Source of the DNA: Acaryochloris marina S15
GTDB taxonomy: Bacteria > Cyanobacteriota > Cyanobacteriia > Thermosynechococcales > Thermosynechococcaceae
Direction of reading: 5' to 3'
NCBI RefSeq assembly: GCF_018336915.1
Contig: NZ_CP064923.1
Location: 4,470,001-4,502,000 of the forward strand
Length of the DNA: 32,000 bases
Shown: one piece after another, positions 27,179-32,000 of the stretch
Numbering within the stretch: position 1 is the stretch's first letter
Layout of the letters: every line of letters starts with the position of its first letter
Program-made: the position numbers and the translations under genes
The notes under the pieces: model-generated
What the model saw: only the letters and a program-made list of their open reading frames with translations
The model's database searches: none
What the model was told of the DNA's origin: nothing

Positions 27179-28429
27179 TTACTGAGGACGAACAATCAAT
27201 TCTTCTAGAGTACGGGTTTGGGTACGAGTATCATACCCAATCAGCTTAATGTAACTTCGGGGATGATCTTGCAGACAGGCTTGTAACCCCGCCATGGCAT
27301 CCGTGACCGTTCGAGGTGCTTGGGGCCAAGACCAGCTGCGCCAGACATTACCCGCCTTTTCTCGAGGCGTAGCCGTCTCCAAATTAAGTTGGCTGTCCTG
27401 ACGCATAGCCTGTTGAAATAGATGCTCAATTTCATGGCTAGCAATATGGTCCGGCCAGCCTCCCTGATGTTGCTTCTCAATCTCAGCCTGAAGGTAGCTG
27501 TCGGGTTCTGGTGCAGACGTTGGAGATGACGGTACCACGGGTTCAGCCTTCGCCCCCGATACATAGACTTGGGCCAAGCGAGCGTTATGTAGGCGATCTT
27601 GTTCTCCCACCATGGCCTCACCCAAATCAATCAAATGCTCCAAAGTCAGAGCCGGGGGCTGGATCTGCACCTGCCGCTCAGGGGAATTGACCAAATAGGT
27701 GGATACTTTGCTAATACCAATAGAACGAATAAAGTCTCGGACCTGTTCATCATAGACTCGCGATCGCAACGCCCCAAAAAAGTCGATAGCCTGATCCGCA
27801 AAATGATTCACCAGCTGTTCAATCACAGAACTGGGTAACCGATCCGGCTCAAAAATCCCCTGAACAATTCCCAATCGATCCTCGGAATTGGGCTGCCAAT
27901 AGAACTTATCCATCCGCCCATCCCGCACCAGCGGCGCATAGAGGGTAGAAAAATCATTGCCCGTCACCAAAATTGGCACTCGATGGATCGGCTGAGTATC
28001 ATAGCTACCCGGCAACTGCACATCTGTAGGATTATCGGCAATATTCATCAGGGTGCCATTCACCAACTGGGTATTGACGGTATATTGAGTCGTCTGATCC
28101 ATGCGACCGGCCCCAGCATCCAGATCGTTAATCAGCAGCACACACATTTTGCCCCGCACTTTGATCAGTTCCGCCGCTTCCCGATAACGCATCCGAATTA
28201 GGCGCACCGGATCTCCCGCATCAGGACTTTCCAGCTCCCCCGCCGACATTCGCACTGGCTCAATGCCCATATGCTCAAACAGTAACTCGCACTGGAAGGA
28301 TTTTCCTTCCCCCTTGCGACCATGAATCCCCAAAATTAAAGGCACTCGCAGCCCTGGCAAGGCCATAAAGTTTTTGGTGATATGGACGGCCAGTCTATCT
28401 AAAAATCGAGGCGATAGGTAATACCCCAT
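27179..28429 (-). CDS. rca: Rubisco activase-like AAA+ protein with C-terminal RbcS-like (SSUL) domain
   Basis: N-terminus MGYYLSPRFLDRLAVHITKNF. Walker A GIHGRKGEGKSF and Walker B LLINDLDAG. The C-terminus ...ACLQDHPRSYIKLIGYDTRTQTRTLEELIVRP parallels the RbcS C-terminus in this same window ([31 protein letters not shown]). I prefer the ATG at 28429 over the TTG at 28435. Confidence 0.9.
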   Translation of the reverse strand: MGYYLSPRFLDRLAVHITKNFMALPGLRVPLILGIHGRKGEGKSFQCELLFEHMGIEPVRMSAGELESPDAGDPVRLIRMRYREAAELIKVRGKMCVLLINDLDAGAGRMDQTTQYTVNTQLVNGTLMNIADNPTDVQLPGSYDTQPIHRVPILVTGNDFSTLYAPLVRDGRMDKFYWQPNSEDRLGIVQGIFEPDRLPSSVIEQLVNHFADQAIDFFGALRSRVYDEQVRDFIRSIGISKVSTYLVNSPERQVQIQPPALTLEHLIDLGEAMVGEQDRLHNARLAQVYVSGAKAEPVVPSSPTSAPEPDSYLQAEIEKQHQGGWPDHIASHEIEHLFQQAMRQDSQLNLETATPREKAGNVWRSWSWPQAPRTVTDAMAGLQACLQDHPRSYIKLIGYDTRTQTRTLEELIVRPQ

Positions 28430-28594
28430 GGTCAAAGCTCAAATTTTGGAAAAATCAAGATGGATTAATAACAGGGATATCACACCTAAAATTTTTGAAT
28501 TAATAGGTGTAATAGAGGCTGCCCATTGCGGTTCAAAACATTTAGCCATATTTGTTTCATCATCGGAAACATCTACATCTAGCACTCCAAATCA

Positions 28595-28885
28595 TTAAGG
28601 ATGAGGTGTAATGGCTACAACTGTAATTTCTTCTGGATTTGGTCCATAAAACCAAAACACTCTGAACGCAGCTGGCGCTTTATTCTCCACATATGCTTCA
28701 AAGACCTCCTCTCCATTGGGTCCCTCCAAGGAAGAGAACTTATGGGTTTTGAGACTGGGATGCCTCAGATTTACCTCCATCAGCCCCAGCGTTTTTAGAA
28801 TTTTCTTGTGCTTTTTAGGATCATGCTTAGCCAGTCGTTCAATCACTTCTTTCGCCTCAGTGCTAAGCCGGAGTCGAAACTGCAT
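28595..28885 (-). CDS. putative type II toxin (RelE/ParE-superfamily-like)
   Basis: About 96 aa, basic, ending ...FRVFWFYGPNPEEITVVAITPHP, a pattern seen in small RelE/ParE-type toxins. Its ATG overlaps the upstream gene's TGA (tgATG). Family assignment is tentative. Confidence 0.5.
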   Translation of the reverse strand: MQFRLRLSTEAKEVIERLAKHDPKKHKKILKTLGLMEVNLRHPSLKTHKFSSLEGPNGEEVFEAYVENKAPAAFRVFWFYGPNPEEITVVAITPHP

Positions 28886-29172
28886 CAATCCTCCACTTCA
28901 AGATCTGCATACTGAGCGAATGAACCCTGATCATGCACCTCTCCTTGAACGACTTGCTGCATCCCTTTCCGGACAGAAGAAATAGCATCTGGATTATTCC
29001 ACAGCCACAGTTCCCGTTCCGGGACTGGAACGACTGGATCCAAGAGAATTTGTCCCTCATCGTTGATAAGGACACGATAGCTTTTCCCTGAAGCAGGCAT
29101 ACCCAGACTGATGCGCCCTCGACCATCTGGCTGTACGAGATCTTTTACAACCTGAAACCCTTGGTTATCCAT
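28885..29172 (-). CDS. putative antitoxin (AbrB/SpoVT-like swapped-hairpin N-terminus)
   Basis: 95 aa. The N-terminus ...DGRGRISLG...YRVLINDEGQILLDPV resembles an AbrB/MazE-type DNA-binding fold. Acidic C-terminus. Translationally coupled to the downstream small ORF. Confidence 0.5.
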   Translation of the reverse strand: MDNQGFQVVKDLVQPDGRGRISLGMPASGKSYRVLINDEGQILLDPVVPVPERELWLWNNPDAISSVRKGMQQVVQGEVHDQGSFAQYADLEVED

Positions 29173-29236
29173 ATCACCCTGTTGTCACTGACCTAACCCT
29201 ATTATGCAACAAGATTAGGGTAATACCCTAAGACCC

Positions 29237-29863
29237 TCATTCTTCAGATCGATCTTGCTTAAACCAGTCCAGCCAAGCAACCCACTTCTGAATAATCACG
29301 GCCATTTCCGTATAGCCCGTACTACCTGGATGGTAGCCATCTCTCGCCTTAATATCGTTCAACCAAATGCTGGAGCGGGAGAGAGGGGTCCAAATATCCA
29401 GGTAAGGTACGTCTAGCTCTTGGCTGAGAATGCCGAGGTTCTCGGAAAGATCTTTGACTCGCTCATTATGATCTGGATCTGCGATCGCAGGTGGACCAAT
29501 CATCAAAATTGGATATCGCAACTTTGCCGTTCTAAAAACGCGACGCGCATTCTCTAGAGACAGGGGCATATCAACTCGACAGTGATCATATTCTTGGGCG
29601 GTATCATTCACCCCGAAACTAAACACTACTCGACCATTTGTTCCCGCCGGACAACGCGCTTGAACTTCCGACAACCATCTGTCTTCAATATCTGCACTTG
29701 TACTTTGGCGGACTCCCAAGTTATAGCTGGTGAAATCATATCCTCGCCGGTACATCGTGGCGCAGATGCGGCCCGTCCATCCCAAACAGCCTAGATCACC
29801 AACCCCATTAACAAATGAATCCCCCACAAAACAAATCCGCAGATCCTTGTCGTCTTTCGGCAT
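29237..29863 (-). CDS. SGNH/GDSL-family hydrolase
   Basis: Block I ICFVGDSFVNG (GDS), block III FSFGVNDT, and block V region DGYHP. I prefer the ATG at 29863 over the TTG at 29878. HIP1 at 29481. Confidence 0.8.
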   Translation of the reverse strand: MPKDDKDLRICFVGDSFVNGVGDLGCLGWTGRICATMYRRGYDFTSYNLGVRQSTSADIEDRWLSEVQARCPAGTNGRVVFSFGVNDTAQEYDHCRVDMPLSLENARRVFRTAKLRYPILMIGPPAIADPDHNERVKDLSENLGILSQELDVPYLDIWTPLSRSSIWLNDIKARDGYHPGSTGYTEMAVIIQKWVAWLDWFKQDRSEE

Positions 29864-30004
29864 GATCCAAATACCCAATCACTATTGCTCAGTCATATAG
29901 GCTTTACAGCAATTGTCAAGGTATTGGCAGCAAACTTTTACAAGTATCCCCCTCACCTTGTGCATGAAGCCTTATCCACTCGTGCCGACCGTCCAGCACT
30001 TCTG

Positions 30005-30040
30005 ACAAAAAGGAGGAGAGGTAGGTTAACCTACCTCTCC
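30005..30040 (-). terminator. intrinsic terminator downstream of rbcS
   Basis: A 26-bp perfect palindrome ggagaggtaggtt|aacctacctctcc (30015-30040). On the minus strand it is followed by TCCTTTTTG. It lies 40 nt after the rbcS stop. Confidence 0.7.
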
Positions 30041-30079
30041 GTTCAGCTTAAAAAGCTAATACCCTATTCACACTAGAGT

Positions 30080-30427
30080 TTAGTAAGGGCGGTACCCACT
30101 ATTGTTACCAGGCTTCTGAACAATAAAGCTCATCACTTGGCACTGGCGGATATTGTCAAATCCAACCACCCGAACATATTTATCAGAATACTCAGAGCGG
30201 CACTCACCAATCTCATACAAAACATCCTGAACAGAAGGATTTTTGAAGAGAGGCAACTTCCACATGGTCCAGTAGTATTCGGTTGGCTCAGGAGAGTCAT
30301 TAAACTCAATCGCTGCAATATAGCCTTGATCCAAAATGTACTGAATTTGCCGACGAATCTGATCATCGTTCAGAGGAGGCAAGTAGGAAAAAGTCTCGAA
30401 ACGTCTTTCTATGGGTAAAGTTCTCAT
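30080..30427 (-). CDS. rbcS: Rubisco small subunit
   Basis: [19 protein letters not shown]...[11 protein letters not shown]...[20 protein letters not shown] prefer the ATG at 30427 over the upstream start used in the track. Confidence 0.95.
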   Translation of the reverse strand: MRTLPIERRFETFSYLPPLNDDQIRRQIQYILDQGYIAAIEFNDSPEPTEYYWTMWKLPLFKNPSVQDVLYEIGECRSEYSDKYVRVVGFDNIRQCQVMSFIVQKPGNNSGYRPY

Positions 30428-30487
30428 GGTTTTATCCGTAGTATTTCCATCAAAAAGCTGCAAAAAAGTTTACGGGCAGAAGAGAGT

Positions 30488-30889
30488 TCAATCCAATTCT
30501 TCATCAGCATCCGCTTCAAACACATTGTCATTAGAAGTTGACTCTGGCGTGGACATTTGGGTCATACGCTCAAGGAGCTGTCGCCGATGTCCTACATTCG
30601 ATTCTTGAATCCCAGTTTTGACCATTTCTGGCAGGAATTCAACCACTTCTTCTGCTAAATGCTCTCTCACGGTCAACAGCCGTAACGCTAACTCTCGGTT
30701 CTCTTGCATGAGTGCTTTGAGATAAAGTTCACCGTCTTGAATTCGATCCGTGGAAGAAAATTCCGACAACCAAATTCCCAGACCGGGGTTTGTCTCATAA
30801 AGCTGAGTCACCACCAACTTGGCCGCTTGATAGGTCAAATAGCTGATCAGCACTTGGGCTGTATCTTTGGAAACTCGTTTGTGATCCAT
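30488..30889 (-). CDS. rbcX: Rubisco assembly chaperone RbcX
   Basis: MDHKRVSKDTAQVLISYLTYQAAKLV...NPGLGIWL...ENRELALRLLTVREHLAE. Lies between rbcL and rbcS. I prefer the ATG at 30889 over the GTG at 30901. Confidence 0.9.
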   Translation of the reverse strand: MDHKRVSKDTAQVLISYLTYQAAKLVVTQLYETNPGLGIWLSEFSSTDRIQDGELYLKALMQENRELALRLLTVREHLAEEVVEFLPEMVKTGIQESNVGHRRQLLERMTQMSTPESTSNDNVFEADADEELD

Positions 30890-31019
30890 GCAATCCAACA
30901 CATCCCTGTTTTAAGCAGGGAGTAGATATTGCGTTGAGTTAACTGAGAAAGAAAAGGAATATGTATCTTCCTCTGTCCGTATAAGGGCAAAGACTTTCTT
31001 TGCCCTAACTTCAAGGGAA

Positions 31020-32000
31020 TTAGACTGTATCCATTGCCTCGAATTCGAACTTGATCTCTTTCCAGACCTCTAAGGCAACAGCCAGTTCAGGACTCCACTT
31101 AGCAGCTTCACGCAGAATGTCGCCACCTTCACGGGTCAAATCACGACCTTCGTTACGAGCTTGGACACAGGCTTCAAGAGCAACCCGGTTAGCTGTTGCA
31201 CCTGGAGCACAACCCCAAGGGTGACCCAAGGTTCCACCACCAAACTGGAGAACAGAGTCATCACCAAAGATCTCAACCAGAGCAGGCATGTGCCAAACGT
31301 GAATACCACCAGAAGCCACAGCCATGACGCCGCCCATAGAAGCCCAGTCTTGGGTGAAGTAGATACCACGAGAGAGATCTTTCTCAACGTAGTTCTCACG
31401 CAAGAGATCCACAAATCCCATGGTGATGCCTTTTTCACCTTCCAACTTACCCACAACTGTACCGGTGTGGATGTGGTCACCACCCGACATGCGGAGGCAC
31501 TTCGAAAGCACGCGGAAGTGCATACCGTGGTTCTTCTGACGGTCAATCACAGCGTGCATGGCGCGGTGAATATGGAGCAGAACGCCATTATCACGACACC
31601 AGTGAGACAACGTAGTGTTAGCTGTGAAACCACCGGTGATAAAGTCATGCATGACGATGGGCATTTCGAGTTCTTTAGCGTACTCGGCCCGCTTCAGCAT
31701 TTCCTCACAGGTAGCCGCGGTGACGTTTAGGTAGTGACCTTTAATTTCACCGGTTTCCGCTTGGGCTTTATGAATGGCTTCAGCTACAAAGAGGAAGCGA
31801 TCGCGCCAGCGCATGAAAGGCTGAGAGTTAATGTTCTCGTCATCCTTGGTGAAGTCAAGACCACCACGTAGACACTCATATACGGCTCTACCGTAGTTCT
31901 TCGCGGATAGACCTAACTTAGGCTTAATGGTACAACCCAACAAAGGACGACCATACTTGTTGATCTTGTCTCGCTCAACCGTAATTCCGTGAGGAGGACC
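31020..32000 (-). CDS. rbcL: Rubisco large subunit, form IB; 5' end runs off the window
   Basis: Contains [74 protein letters not shown]. The frame stays open upstream of the track's Met through position 32000 (...[29 protein letters not shown]). Confidence 0.98.
   Translation of the reverse strand, partial: GPPHGITVERDKINKYGRPLLGCTIKPKLGLSAKNYGRAVYECLRGGLDFTKDDENINSQPFMRWRDRFLFVAEAIHKAQAETGEIKGHYLNVTAATCEEMLKRAEYAKELEMPIVMHDFITGGFTANTTLSHWCRDNGVLLHIHRAMHAVIDRQKNHGMHFRVLSKCLRMSGGDHIHTGTVVGKLEGEKGITMGFVDLLRENYVEKDLSRGIYFTQDWASMGGVMAVASGGIHVWHMPALVEIFGDDSVLQFGGGTLGHPWGCAPGATANRVALEACVQARNEGRDLTREGGDILREAAKWSPELAVALEVWKEIKFEFEAMDTV

Noticed and set aside
28436-28594. 7-bp inverted repeat acaccta/taggtgt upstream of rca, considered as a possible operator.
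   Set aside because: The stem is short with a 15-nt AT-rich spacer. This is expected by chance in AT-rich intergenic DNA, and nothing corroborates it.
26678-31730. Alternative-frame ORFs inside raf1, rca, rbcS, rbcX and rbcL, for example 26678-27100 (+), 27241-27630 (-), 31136-31546 (-) and 31161-31730 (+).
   Set aside because: They are embedded in genes with clear family identity, so they are frame artefacts.
1-32000. Scan by eye for tRNA, tmRNA or rRNA genes, CRISPR repeat-spacer arrays, reverse-transcriptase or retron loci, and integrase/att sites that might bound the island.
   Set aside because: I saw none: no T-loop GGTTCGAAT-type motifs outside CDSs, no regularly spaced short repeats, and no RT or tyrosine/serine integrase motifs. 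A scan by eye cannot fully exclude small RNAs.

Overview
This is a cyanobacterial chromosome segment. HIP1 palindromes (GCGATCGC) occur throughout the core genes, and a Rubisco cluster is present. The left flank (1-6905, + strand) holds core genes: a small membrane protein, a membrane-anchored GTPase with a DUF697-like tail, and an RND efflux pair (adaptor plus AcrB-like permease). The right flank (26084-32000, - strand) is a Rubisco supercluster: rbcL (partial), rbcX, rbcS, an SGNH hydrolase, a two-gene toxin-antitoxin-like pair, a Rubisco-activase-like AAA+ protein with an RbcS-like tail, and raf1. Between them (about 6.9-26 kb) lies an accessory region full of IS elements, with no HIP1 site from 6.9 to 18 kb. 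It contains: (1) an AT-rich, gene-poor stretch with a hairpin-guarded 54-aa ORF; (2) an IS110-family element with a long 3' non-coding tail; (3) a three-level nested insertion, where a 1486-bp ISKra4-like IS sits inside an identical copy that sits inside an IS4-family transposase gene, each with a 9-bp target duplication; (4) remnants of IS630-like, IS4/IS701-like and IS6-like elements; (5) an intact 1484-bp IS4-family element with an 11-bp duplication. Three cargo genes between the IS debris are the most interesting part: a TIR-domain protein fused to a glycine-zipper multi-TM tail, a secreted trypsin-like protease fused to a DUF2808-like domain, and a 1738-aa protein combining two lipase-type alpha/beta-hydrolase domains, an unassigned middle region, a CHAT (caspase-like) protease and TPR-like repeats. 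I saw no tRNA, rRNA or CRISPR array. All family names come from motif recognition by eye, not from database searches.
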